The notes: generated from the sequence alone by a model not told the origin. Counted from the whole stretch's first letter, positions 13,428-26,199 are shown. The stretch: 63,573 nucleotides of DNA, filler included, from Choristocarpus tenellus KU-1152 (GCA_964200185.2; 10 parts of 10 records of this genome joined end to end with filler, not necessarily neighbours in it); one strand, 5' to 3'. Program-made: numbers and translations.

Positions 13428-14060
13428 GAAATGGACATACACACCCCCCAACATTCTTGCCGCGCTTTGGAATTTGATGGCCTTTACCATTCGACAGAAC
13501 ACATCAAATTCATACATTGCTATCTGCCTTATGTCAAACACAAACCTGCGCATGGTTGCCCTCCCGACATCCAACCTGGGTCAGCGCATAAATTCCTTTC
13601 ATCTTCATCTTCACTTTCGTGGTTCAACGTAATGTTTTCCTGCTCAGGTTGTTAGTATTTCAAATGGACACACACACCCCAGACAGTCTTGCCGCGCTTT
13701 GGAAATTGATGGCCTTTACCATTCGACAGAACACATCAAATTCATCCATTGCTATCTGCCTTACGTCAAACACAAACCTGCGCATGGTTGCCCTCCCGAC
13801 ATCCAACCCGGGTCAGCGCGTAAATTCCTTTCATCTTCATCTTTCACTTTCGTGATTGGACTTAATGGTTTCCTGCTCAGGTTGTTAGTATTTCAAATGG
13901 ACACACACACCCTCAACAGTCTTGCCGCGCTTTGGAAATTGATGGCCTTTAATGTTCAACAGAGCACATGAAATTCATTCATTACTGTTTGCCCTATGTC
14001 AAGCACGAACCTGTGCATGATTGCCCTCGCTACATGTTACCTTGGTCGGCGCGTAAATCC
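13428..14060. repeat. Tandem 233-bp repeat, ~2.7 copies
   Basis: ATGGACA anchor at 13431, 13664, 13897. Related copies at ~25520-25850 and an inverted fragment at ~16325-16400. Confidence 0.92.
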
Positions 14061-14414
14061 TTCCCGTCTGCGTCCGGTATTGGTGCGTACTCATATTCAA
14101 TATTCATCCCATGTCGACCGGGTTTACTGTTCGATATATATATATTAGTAAATAACGGCCTTCGATGAAAGCGCTACACCGTCCTCATGTCTACAGCATC
14201 GCTACGCCCTTTTCATATCACGTTTGCATAGCCCACGCATGGACACGAACCTTGCACTCCGTACAGATCCCGTCATCATCAATCACATAGTCCATTCACT
14301 GTTCGTACAAAACACCCTTGCTGTGCTCGCCTAACAATAGCACCCACCCCTACCTCAATATTCTTCTCCTTTGCTGATACCGTTGTCTTAACATTTTCCC
14401 CTCTACATTCACAG

Positions 14415-17400
14415 ACAGCTGACTGGAGGCCCAAGGAATCATGAAGACCAAAAGACGACAGGCTTGATCACGTCCAACCTCAAAGCGACACATATGATGG
14501 ATCTGACCACATCCGAGTTCTTGTCACAGAGGTACAACGCCAACCTTCTTGACAACAGTAGAGTTGAGTCTATGTTCTCGAAGCTGGGGTCGGACCCACA
14601 GGTTGCTGCCCATAGGCTCGCGGGGATTCTGAGTGGGCAACCTTTTTCACTGTGCTCGAGATGGCCAACTATAAGCGACTTCAAAGCCGACATGAGCAGG
14701 GTAAACGTGCCCTCTAGTGTGCCTGATAGGGAACTACTTGAAAACTATATCGCCAACGGTAACCTGGACGTAAACCATAATGGCAACAATAGGGATATAG
14801 ACGACGACTACAACCTCTTGTTTTGCCTTAATGGACAACAACGCATAATGGTTTTGAGGACAAATGAATGCGTCGCCAAGGAGGACAATGTCTCATATGG
14901 AATAAAACTCCCGGCCCACGTCACAATGTGATGGGCCTCAGACGTAGGAATAAACCTACAGATTGGTCAGCACAGGAGCTTCATGTGGAAGATATATCCA
15001 CACAGAAGCCGGGAAAAGGCTGAATCCATCTCCATAGGAGAGAGTGTTGCAGAGCCAAAGCATCTTAGAGGGGGTAGGGCCTCGTCCATTTGGGCGCGAA
15101 AATCCAATGTTGCGATTTTGATGTAATTTTGGCTATCGTGATTTTTGGGAAATGTCACTATCCTTGTTCTGAACACACCTTTTCATGACGAATATATTTT
15201 ACCTACTCCTAAAACGTTTGGAGTAGGAAAATATCATAAAAATACGCCATGGGAAGTCAAGCCCCTAAAGGACAAACAGGGCAAAACTTGTACCCTCTAA
15301 GATACTTTCACTTGCCAGTAGGTCGCATGTGCCAAACATTCTGGACATTTTCATTTCGATGGTGTCTTGGGTTGCCGCCATCCTGGAGTATAGGCATGAC
15401 TTCAGGTGCGACAGGTTCCACCCCTACGTCCAGGAAACGGAAGAGGACTCTGATCGTTGCATGCGCATGACGACATTGGTGACCAGGTGCAACCAATATT
15501 GTCTGGGAGACATAGACTTCCGGAGCGCCGATGCCGTGTTACAGACGGCTATTAAGAGGAGGGTAGCTGCCAAGATAAAGGCATTCCTCAAAGAAGCTTG
15601 GGAGGATACACACATGGAAGCCAGGGTGAATAGACTCACTGACCAGAACTTCGTCCAGTTCTTCAATGCGATTGCCACCCCTGTCTACATATGTGTGGGA
15701 GAAGGTGAGATTCTCACGGCTCCTTCCACAGGAAACGATTGGTGGAACGATTGTTGAGCACCGCCTACCTTTCGTCGCCCATATCCATATTAATTCCGCG
15801 TCGGTGATCCAACCAACCCGATCCCTTCCCTTCCCTCACTATGTTCCACCAGAGACAAAAGAACTGGAGGAGATCCTTCTCGGTGTGTGGAGAGAGCACA
15901 AGAAGTGCGACGGGTCAAGTGTAAGCATGGTGCAGTTATCCCCACATTTGTACACCCAATACCCCATCACTAACGGCCCAACAACACCGTAGTATCCCCT
16001 GCCTTCGCATAATGAGCTTGAATTGACATTTTATACATGTGTAATCCTATCAACCTTATGACATACGCCATAAACCAACAGACCCACTCCCACTCCCACG
16101 TTCTTCTGTCCTGATCATGTCGCCTTATCCTCCACACACCCACGCGCACCTGACTAGGACAAATTCGACTTCAGAGCGGTTCACATATGTTCACTGTGCT
16201 GTGGTATGCTAATGCGGACGCTGCCATGGAGTCCCTCGAGAACAGCGGGGGGTTCACACACAACCACAGGTTGAAGGTGGGGTAAACATGTTCCTAACTA
16301 TGTTGTCCCCACATGATGACGCCAAACCTGACATAGGGCAGACAGTAATGAAGCAATTTGATGTGTTCCGTCGAATGGTAAAGGCCATCAGTTTCCAAAG
16401 AACCCCAAGTCCATAGGGTTCTGCTGCGCTATGCGCATCCCCTAGTAGTCCTTCTCTGATAGATTCACTGTTAACCCTAAATCCTTCACATCCTCAAAGC
16501 TCGTTCTTTATCGGTCTCCTAACGACACACCATCGCACATTTGATGTACATGTAGCTCACGGACAAGATCAAGGAGTAGTATTTCGCAAGATTGTGCACC
16601 GATGTCCTCACTGGAGTCGGCTTAGCCACCCTGGAGTCGGCTTAGCCACCCTTAGAGGGGAGACCCCCCAAGGCCATCGCTGGCGCGACATTGTCGAGGT
16701 GGCTGCCCACGTCTGCTCAGAACAGGCAGACAAAAAATCGCCTACTGACGCGCTCTCATTGACGTATGTTGTCGGGACGGAGACATTTCCAGAGGAATGG
16801 GTAAGTCGATTTTGACCGTGAGGATTCAAGCAACGTATGGATGTATATGCATATACCCCCCTGCTGACCCTGCAACAGCAGCAATGTTTACCGTCTAGTT
16901 CGTGCCTCGCGGGGCAGACACCCATGTCATCCATGTGACTTACCGTTCTACTACCCATGTGCTTCTCCATTGACAGTTCTCCCACACTCTAAGGGGCGTC
17001 CGGAACAAACAGCCCCCGGCCGACCTGGACAAAGGGAAGAAGAAGACCAGAGGAAAGGGGAAGAAGAACAGATCAGGGGTCGGCGATCCAGACCTGGCGT
17101 CTACCGTCCAGGCGGAGGAGGAGTGGGCGTCTCAACCCTGGAAAGTCCAATTGGCATATATAAGACGTATGCACACCAAGAATGTCCTCATCAAGAGGGC
17201 TGTCCTGGAGGTCGCCATACAAATTATGAACGACCTAAAAAGGAAAGACAAGCTCGGGATAGACCCCTACGCTGATGACTCCTCAGCAGGGTCTTTTCAG
17301 CAGAGGGTCCTCCTACCAAAAGATACATCCTCAGCGACGAGGTACTCAACTGAGTGTGAGGTTCATCACTTTTCATCTCTCCACCGTATTTCAGTTGGTA

Positions 17401-18356
17401 TCAAGTCACCTCACAACAAATGCCCTCATATCGCGCACATTAATGTAACCCCTTAAAATCCACAGGTGAAAAGGGACCTCGTGTTGCGGGAGGATGTGGA
17501 GGAGGGTACAAATTACCTGGACATCGTCAAATACTCTGAGGGCATTACCCTGAACACTAGTGACGAACACACAGGCAAGCAATTACATCATTGTACAACA
17601 TCGCCATAGGTTAACATCCAAAACATATGGTTACTTACACCAAACACACAACCTAGACTCTCACAGATCTTACCAGCGTTTGACAGTTTCACAACGAACA
17701 TTGCTACAGGGTTCTCTGCTGCGAGCTGCTCGTCGAACAGATTGATTCATACTTTTGCTGTGTTGTACCGATCGACAGAATCCGGCAAAAGAAGGGAAAT
17801 TATGTCGCGGTTACATGCTAGCCCTATACGCATCCTCTTCACCCTATTTTACCAGCCCTATTTATCTTCCTGTTTTGTGGGCTCAAATAATCCACCCAAG
17901 TTTAACGAACCGCAAGTACTCTAATCCATCCATCTTTTCCTCAGCCCCTGCCTCCTACTCTGTATCCTGCCTTGCTTACTCCTTCTCATGAACGTCTATC
18001 TCATCCCTTGCCTCCTAACGCTAACACCTCCTCCCGTTGTTTTGACCCCTACTTCGCCAGGTCCTTTGCCTACTCCTCCACACTATCACAGAGATAACTA
18101 GAGTCACAGCCATCATGATCACCCAAGAAAGAACGACACATCCGAGCACGACCTCGAGAAGTTCAAGTCCGAAACAAGTGCCGCTCACGAGAGAGAAGTC
18201 GCCCTTCTCCAGACCCGACCAGGAGGCATGGTAATCACATGCACCGCCCTCGGGGACAACCTAGATCCGGATCGTATCAAAATCCTCATAGACGAAATCT
18301 CCACCTTCCGCAAATTTGCACTGGTGAAGACACCAGTAGCTGGTGCATATCCACGC
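14415..18356 (+). pseudogene. Large multi-exon gene (pseudogenised) with an N-terminal ParB/Srx-like domain
   Basis: Putative exons ~14415-15920, 16158-16281, 16556-16800, 16977-17341, 17467-17574, 17710-17810, 18061->18356, mostly with AG/GT borders. Motifs QRYNANLLD..RVESMF, GILSGQPFSL and LFCLNGQQRIMVL (14821-14844). Lesions: TGA 14929, MITE 15052-15313, frameshift ~15676, TAG 16577, 20-bp duplication ~16611-16651. Confidence 0.7.
15052..15313. mobile_element. MITE family A copy inserted in coding exon
   Basis: Both TIRs present; coding-like sequence resumes after it. Confidence 0.9.
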
Positions 18357-19029
18357 NNNNNNNNNNNNNNNNNNNNNNNNNNNNNNNNNNNNNNNNNNNN
18401 TTAATTAATTAANNNNNNNNNNNNNNNNNNNNNNNNNNNNNNNNNNNNNNNNNNNNATGGACACCCTGGTGAAGCCCCCCCCCCCCCTCCCAGATACTTT
18501 GGGTCAGAAGCACATGTTCTAGAAGGTAGTCTCAGAGCCACCAATATTTCAATGAGAACCACCGCTAAGATAGGGTACCTTGCCCTCTTTCTGCCATAAA
18601 TAAGACACTCTTCACAACGAATAATGCAATGAAGGGCACACCCTGCTGCTATCATAGCTCTGGAGAATTTTTATTTTTGAAGAGTGGATCAGAAAATATG
18701 GCTATGGGACAGAATTTGCTCGGGCATTATGAAACACATGAGTATTTGCATGTATTCCCTTCTCCAAAAAACAGATGAATTGTTGGCACCCCATCAACAT
18801 AGTTGGTCCCTACCACCTTGAAGTCTTCCGAGACAAACGCCACCTATCACCTGTATTGAACTGCCCCATGTAGCCCAAGTTTTTTGTGACGTTCTATTCT
18901 ACAATTCTCCTTGTAGTGAACAGTGAAAGGGAGGAACATCAACCTGTTCTACTCTGACGGATCCGTTCGCACAATGCAATTCTTTCCCACCCCTAGCTAC
19001 CTCTTTCACTAACAGATGGCTCCTAGGGT

Positions 19030-21230
19030 ACATTTCATCTGCCAGGTCCTTATACGAGAAACGAGGTCAATCTCCGTCGAGGGAGGCACATAGGTGACCT
19101 GCCACTTGCAGGAACCGACGTTGCCAACTCTAGACTTGGTACATTAGCAAACCCCCTCCATGTAGACCACGGCATAACAGGTATCATCGGCCCATGGTTG
19201 AGTTATGAACCTGTGGATGGACTTGATGCCGTTGGAGACAGGGACGCGCGGATTGTGTTGTTCAGTTCGGCTGATCTCATAATAAGCCTGAACATGAACT
19301 AGTTCCTGCTGTTTGGTGGTGCTTGGGAAGAGAAGTCGAGAGTGCGCCTCCCTCTGTTCCTCATCGTCCCTGTCTACCCACATTTGTGTGAAGAACATGA
19401 GAGGCATTGGGAGGAAGTTTTTTTGAGTTCATCACATATGGTACAATGAATGTATGTATTGCTTCAAGGCTCGAATCAAATTGTTGAAGAGACTAAACAA
19501 AGCTTGACCCATATCATCAACATACACAAGGATATGCTGTTGTAAGTTATGAAAGGAGTAGATCCGTCAGATAACGGATTTGGATAAAAATGCAAGAATG
19601 CGCCACATCTCATTTCTCCGAAATAGGAAGATGTATCCAACGTCAAATGATCGGATTGGCGAAAAATGACAAATTATGTTTGAGGTACGTCATCAACATA
19701 TATATATATATATATATATATATGGAAGGATAGGTTTTGGTTAATAAAAGTCAATGATAAATGAGGCAATCTATGATGTGCCGAATTTGGAGAAAATTCC
19801 AAGAATGACCTGTATGTGATTATGGTAGTCTGAAATTGGAACATGCATACAAACTCAAAATATCGGATTCGTCAGAAAAGGGTCGATATACCTGTCAGTA
19901 CTGTAATTAGAATATTTTGTCACATACACCTGTCGAAATTCTGTTTGTGATAGGGGGTAACACAGTATCTTGTTGTGAAAGAAAGGTTTCACACACAACG
20001 AAACGAGGTGGTAAAGTACTCACCTTCACAACAATGGTCTGCTCTGAGCGTACTTCGGACCTCTCCAGCAGGCATTGCTCTTCCTGCAGTGCAGGCTGCT
20101 GGAAGGCGGACTCTCTTTTAATCGCTTTGCCCGTCTCAGTCAAGGATGAAGTTCCCAGCATCCATAGTCTTACTAGTTCGAGTTTCCCCATCAGAGGACT
20201 TCATCACACCCCCAAGTGAATCAAACAAGGATTTTTCATTTGAAGAGGCCAAGAAGTTGTGCATGCTTGTGATCCCGAGTCGTGCAATGGCGTGAGCAAC
20301 CCACCACATTTACTACCTATTCTTGGACTCACTTCCACACACATCAGTCCAGATGTAGAGAAGCTGTAGTTCCTGTCCGTACACCTGAGCCCTGGGCTTC
20401 AATGACAAGCTTCTCCAGTGAGTGCTGCACCAATCGGTTGTCTTGCCTGGTGTGTCCTCGCTGAAAACTTCAAAAGCTGTGCACCAATATCCGTCCTTGC
20501 CCCAGGCTTCCTGTCTCCCTCAAGTCCTTCATCCAAATAGCCGCTAGGAAGATTGCACTCAAGAACAAATTAAAATTCTTGCTGTGCTAACTCTTGGTCA
20601 TTATGATCGTGTTTTAATTGGAAAGCTACCACCATGAAAGCGTGCCCTTCAGGGAGGCAACAAGCTATAGAATGGTTGTAATGGCGGGCCTGCCAGGTGA
20701 TGTGTGACATAGAAAGGAGTTATTGGCGAAGTTCTCAAACATGACAGCAACAAGTGTGGGGAAACTGTCTGTGAGCGGGAATAACACCTACGCAAAAATG
20801 TTCTGATTGGTTTGTTGTGTGTGACTTGACTTTTCGTGGAGGGAGGGTATGCGCTGCAATAACAATTCACAAATGTATAGTGGAAGTCAGCGTATTTCAA
20901 AGGAGGAAGAAGTGAGGGAAGAACGGCATTGAAGAAGGTAAGTAATGATAGTACCTATTTCAAATTAGCCTGTTACTTGAAGGGGGGAAATTCTTTGTTC
21001 GATTCTGGATATGAGCATGGCACGCTTCTTACTTAGTTTCTGTGTAAGAGGCTCACCTTACGCTTTTTTTGTGTGTTTGTCGATGGTCTACGTCTTGTCG
21101 TAGTCGTCGTGATCATCACATGAGGGAAATTAGATTCTCGAGACATGGAGGTGGCTAGGATGAAGTCGTCTATCAGCACTTTTTTAGCCTGATGTTCAGC
21201 GTGTTTCTCCTTGATCCCCTTCATCGTTTA
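19030..21230 (-). mobile_element. Decayed Sola2-type DNA transposase
   Basis: Minus strand: IDDFILATSMSRES (~21130-21180); FEVFSEDT/QDNRLVQHSLEKL; LYIWTDVCGSESKNR..MWW...HNFLASSNEKSLFDSLG (20210-20365, matching SDGC..Q.KN...FF..SHGK...DG.G); C-terminal GIKSIHRF...C*C....G...C (~19100-19230). Confidence 0.7.
19697..19722. repeat. (AT)n microsatellite
   Basis: Direct observation. Confidence 0.95.
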
Positions 21231-22651
21231 CGGCTTTGCGGTCCCTAGGGAAGGAAGGAGGCGTACCTGGCAGGAGGAAAGTGCCCACAAAAGTATGATG
21301 AAGAGAATGTGTATGCTGGTTGGAAGAAATTGTAAATAATGGATCAGTTACGTGTCGGGCGTTCGAGTTTCGAGTAGGGGCTGTATGTCTGTACAAAGGT
21401 TGTGTTGAAATTCTATGTATGTGCGATCTCCCAACGCCATGAGTCACCTTGATCTCATTCCACAACTTTTCTTCAGGTTTTTCCTTGGCAATATGTGTGT
21501 ATAGGTGCTTAAAAAATTATTTCACATTACTGTCTGTGATGTTGTGTTGAGTTGAGCGTGCAAGGGCAATTCCAGACGGGGTGCTCCTTCCAGTTTTGCT
21601 TCTTTCATCTCTGCAATGGAATAATTTGGGGTATTATATGTTGTCTGCTGCTTTACTGGTCCTAATCGCACCAACAACACGTTTCCCTGCAGTAAAAAAA
21701 TATTCACCTCCTCTTGGATACTTTTTGGTGATCGCATGCTGTTATTGTGCCCAGGGGAGTAAGTTCGACTTTCCTTCCTCTTTGTCATCAATAGAAGTGG
21801 AGGATGAAGTATATGTGTGGGGTCATCATGAAATGACTACTACTATCCTGTGCGCATATACGATTACAAACCACCTATCCAACCACGCACAGGCACAGTC
21901 GTACCACGGTTAGTACTATTGCTAGTAGTATTAGCAGTGCGTGTAGTAGTAGTTGCAGGTTAGGAGTACTTGTGCAAGTCACGGAGTCTGCATAATATTA
22001 CAAAGCGTGTTGGTATGGTACAGTAATTGGAGATATTTTCAGTGCTTTGCCACTTCATACAGTATGTGGGTGGAGGATGCTTGTTTTCTAGTGTCGTAAG
22101 AATTTCTTTGTACACTATGCAATCACTTCTTCTTGTGCTGCCTCTGCTTGAGCAACATATGTGTGTTTATATATATTGTGGTTAATGCCGATGGTGCGTT
22201 TTTCGGTCCATTTCTCATTGTAATTAAATAGTTTTTTCCATAGATGTTTTTTTTGCCGAAGACGAGTCAATTTTTTCTCTGTTTTAGGCTGAAATGATGG
22301 TAATGATAGTTGTGTGGCGATCTTCATTTTGGGTTCGTGACATCTTCAGTGAGAGGATTGTGTTGTATAACCCTCCTGAATTCTTGAATCATATGCTCTA
22401 TATACAAGCAACTACATCTTCACCATACATACACACATATGCAAGTGAGGATATGTGAACAAGAAGTTTGTATGATGCATATGGGGAAGATAGATGGCTC
22501 AAAGCATCTGGGAGGGGGGTGGCGACTGTCCATTTGGGGGCAATTTTTTCANNNNNNNNNNNNNNNNNNNNNNNNNNNNNNNNNNNNNNNNNNNNTTAAT
22601 TAATTAANNNNNNNNNNNNNNNNNNNNNNNNNNNNNNNNNNNNNNNNNNNN

Positions 22652-23345
22652 GGAGTGACCCTCACAAGATAGCCTAGCCTGGAGGAGAGGGACCAGGAGT
22701 TGAGGAGCCAGGCCACCTGCTTGTCCTCCATCTCGCTGAGGTGTGTAGCTAAAGCTCGTGTCCCAGAGCTCTCGATCACTTCCGCCATGTGAGCTCGAAT
22801 GAAATCATCTGTTCCTACTGGAGCCCCTAGAGTGACAAAACCACTGGGGTTTAGGGCTAGGTTGATTCCTGTCGTGGAAAGGAGCTCTAGTTCCGAGGGC
22901 GTGGGTTGGTGGCCCTGGGGAGGTGCGGCAAATGTCTTGTCCATATTTAGGCTGATGCCTACCTCCTGGATATTGGTTTTTAGCAGCTCGAAAGCAGCTA
23001 TGGTAATAGGATTGATCCCCCTTGCCGAAATGGATGTGTCGTCCAAATAGATCCGGGAGGAAACCCCTTGGGGTCCGAAAACTGATTGGACCTATTGCAA
23101 GGCCTTGTGTGTTTCCATGCAATATAAGAGAGGGCCTAGTAGGTCTCCCTGTTGGACACCAGATCTCGATGGTAGCATCTTTTAAGGAAGGAGGCCTGGT
23201 AGGTTCTCTGGGAGGGCCTGGATGAAGGCTGAGCGGCGTACGCTGTTGAAAGCTTTCCTTCCGTCCAGATTGATGACCCATTCTCCGCACCCATTCCTCA
23301 GGCGGATATCCAGGAGTGCACGTTCAATGCCATTTGGGACCCCGA
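22652..23345 (-). mobile_element. Non-LTR retrotransposon RT fragment, RLE-type (CRE-like)
   Basis: RSGVQQGDLLGPLLY...IYLDDT...GISLNMDKT...FVTLGAPVGTDDFI; contains stops. Confidence 0.85.
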
Positions 23346-23424
23346 CACCGAATTGCCATACTCCCCCGAAAAATTCCTCAAGGTAGGGGCGCCAGTCTGT
23401 GCAGAAAACCGAAGAACAATATCG

Positions 23425-23582
23425 TATATTGTAGAAACAATCCTCGCACTATTCGTCTGTCACAAAAGTTTGCGTTTGCTAAAACATGAGAAGAAATGCT
23501 CGCGCTTTTCGTATGTAACAAACGCTCGCACTTTGTTAGAACACAAGAAGAAATGCTCGCACTATTCGCCTGTAACAAATAG
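23425..23582. repeat. Short ~60-bp tandem repeat (~2.5 copies) with CTCGCACT sub-motifs, directly preceding the 78-bp array
   Basis: AGAAGAAATGCTCGC(A/G)CT(A/T)TTCG repeated at ~60-bp spacing. Confidence 0.8.
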
Positions 23583-24790
23583 TGGCCACACCAACATTTT
23601 TAAATCCGATGCCCCTGTATCTATCACCATTAGAACCGTCCACACACCAACCGTCAATAGTGGTTTCACCAACATTTTCAAATTCGATGCCCTGTATTTA
23701 TTACCCGTTAGAATCGTGTACTCACCAGCTGTCAGTAGTGGTTTCACACCAACATTTTGAAATCTGATTACCCTGTATTTCTTACCATTAGAACCGTGTA
23801 CACACCAGCTGTCAATAGTGGTAACACCAATATTTTCAAATTCGATGCCCTGTATTTCTTACCATTAGAACCTTGTATACACCAGCTGTCAGTAGTGGTG
23901 TCACCAACAGATTGAAATCCGATACCCCTGTATTTATCACCATTAGAACCGTGTACACACCAGCTATCAACAATGGTATCACCTACATTTTCAAATTCCA
24001 TGGCCTGTATTTATTACCATTAGAATCGTGTACACACCAGCTGTCAATAGTGGTTATACCAACATTTTGAAACCCGATGCCCCTGTATTTATCACCATTA
24101 GAAGCGTCCAGACACCAGCCGTCAATAGTGGTATTATCACCAACATGTGAGTGAAAGTATATCAGAGGGCACAAGTTTTTCCCTGTTTGTCCATGGCATG
24201 GGTTTTTTTATGACATTTTCCTACCCCAAAATGTTTCGGAGTAGGTAAAATGTATACATCATGAAATAAATGGTGTGTCCGGAACAAGGATATTCACACT
24301 TACAAATGAACACAATAGCCAAAATTACATCAAAATCGCAACATTGAATTTTGGTCCCCAAATGGATACGGTCCTGCCCTCTAAGATACTTTGGCTCTTT
24401 TCAAATTCGATGCCCCTGTATTTATTACCATTAGAACCGCGAACACACCAGCTGTCAATAATGATATCACCAACATTTTCAAATTCGATGACCCTGTATC
24501 TATCACCGTTAGAACTGTGTACACACCAGCTGTCAATAGTGGTATCGCCAACATTTTCGAATTCGATGCCCCTGTATTTATTACCATTAGAGCCGTGCAC
24601 ACACCAGCTGTCAATATTGGTCACACCAACATTTTCAAACTCAATGTCCTTTATCTATCACCATTAGAACCGTCCACACACCAGCTGTCAACAGTGGTAT
24701 CGCCAACATTTTCGAATTCGATGCCCCTGTGTTTATTACCATTAGAACCGTGCACACACCAGCTGTCAATAGTGGTATCACCAACATCAC
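23575..24790. repeat. Tandem array of ~12 copies of the 77-78-bp monomer, same family as 12095-12795
   Basis: TAGAA anchor at 23631, 23709, 23789, 23866, 23944, 24021, 24099, 24432, 24510, 24588, 24665, 24743; interrupted by a MITE. Confidence 0.95.
24149..24397. mobile_element. MITE family A copy inserted in satellite monomer
   Basis: Both TIRs present; splits CAACA(TTT)TCAAATTC. Confidence 0.92.
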
Positions 24791-26199
24791 TACGCCAGGA
24801 TCTATAATTCTGTTTGATTGAAACCGCTCATAAACCGTCTGCCACCAGCAGTGCCAGCGTCGCTTACCCCGACCGCATTTCACGTTGGACCTAACCCAAG
24901 ACCGACCGGACATCAAAATACCGTATGCATCTGTTGCGAGTTCTAAGCTTGTAATTTCTTTACTCCATTGTCAGAGCACCGCGCACACCATACTCTGTCG
25001 TCAGCACACCACCCTCCATCCTACCGTATTCACCCCACTCACCCCAGATGCTGACAATGTAAGCCCTGAAGGCAACACCCTTGATCCTTACCCGCTAACC
25101 TAAAAAAACCAACACTAATTACCAACATCTCGAACACTCAACCCAAACCGCGAAAAGAAACAGATTTCACCCTGCATATAACATGTCATCGTACTGGTAA
25201 AGCAGTGGCTATCGTCAGAATTTATTCCATCGAATTCAACGAAACTTAACCGAAATTGGAACATGGGTTGCAGTGACATATGTAGAGAGTAATTCAGACA
25301 ACTGATCAAAAATAGAACTAGGATTCCACAGTCCAATTCTACACACCACAACATCCTTCTGTCAAATGCTATGTGATGACACCATCGATACACACATGTA
25401 AGGGCTCTGATACGATTGGAACTTTTCCAATAAGGTTCGTAGCGTGACCCAACGCAATCTCATTTTACTCGCGCGTTGGTATCACCACTACGCGCAGTTT
25501 CGTCAAAAAAAACCGCGGTAACCTCAATTTAGAGTTTGATGGCTTCTGCCAACCAGTAGAACATACCAAATTTCTACCTCAAAGTACGTTCCAAAATTGC
25601 CATATTCCTTTCAAACTGGTGCATTCATGCTTTTGCTTTCGCATTTCAACTTGATGTTTTCCTGCTTTCCATGCTTGTTTCCAAATCGGTACACACCACC
25701 CCCAACCGTTTTGCCGTGCTTTCCAAATTATGGACTTTACCGTCCGACATAACACATCAAATTTCTTCATTACAATCTGGCCTATGTCAAACACAAACCT
25801 GTGCATAGTTGCCCTCCCGGCATCTAACCTTGGTCGGTGCATAAATCCTATTCATCCGCATATGGTGTTGGTGCGTTCTCATATTCAATATTCCTTCCAT
25901 GCCGGTGGGGTTTGCCGTTCGACGGATGTTCGCAAATAGCAGTCTCCACGGAAAACACTACACCGTCCTCATGACGACAACAGCGCTTCGCCCATATAAT
26001 CTAACATTTGCCTAGCCCACGCATGGACACGAACCTTGCACTCCCTACAGATTCCATCATCATTGATGACATACTCTGTCACTGTTTATACAACAATACC
26101 CTTGCTGTCATCACAACAAACAACAATAGTATCCGTCCGACGATATCCGTTTCGTTTGTCGATGTTGTTACCATAAAATGTCCCCCCCTACCTTAACAG

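Noticed and set aside
18457-22551. MITE B ends at both contig edges as TIRs of the Sola2 transposase
   Set aside because: Both face away from the gene and belong to separate flanking MITE copies.
23575-24790. 78-bp arrays as CRISPR-like repeat-spacer arrays
   Set aside because: Monomers are similar along their whole length with scattered substitutions; there are no unique spacers and no cas-like genes.
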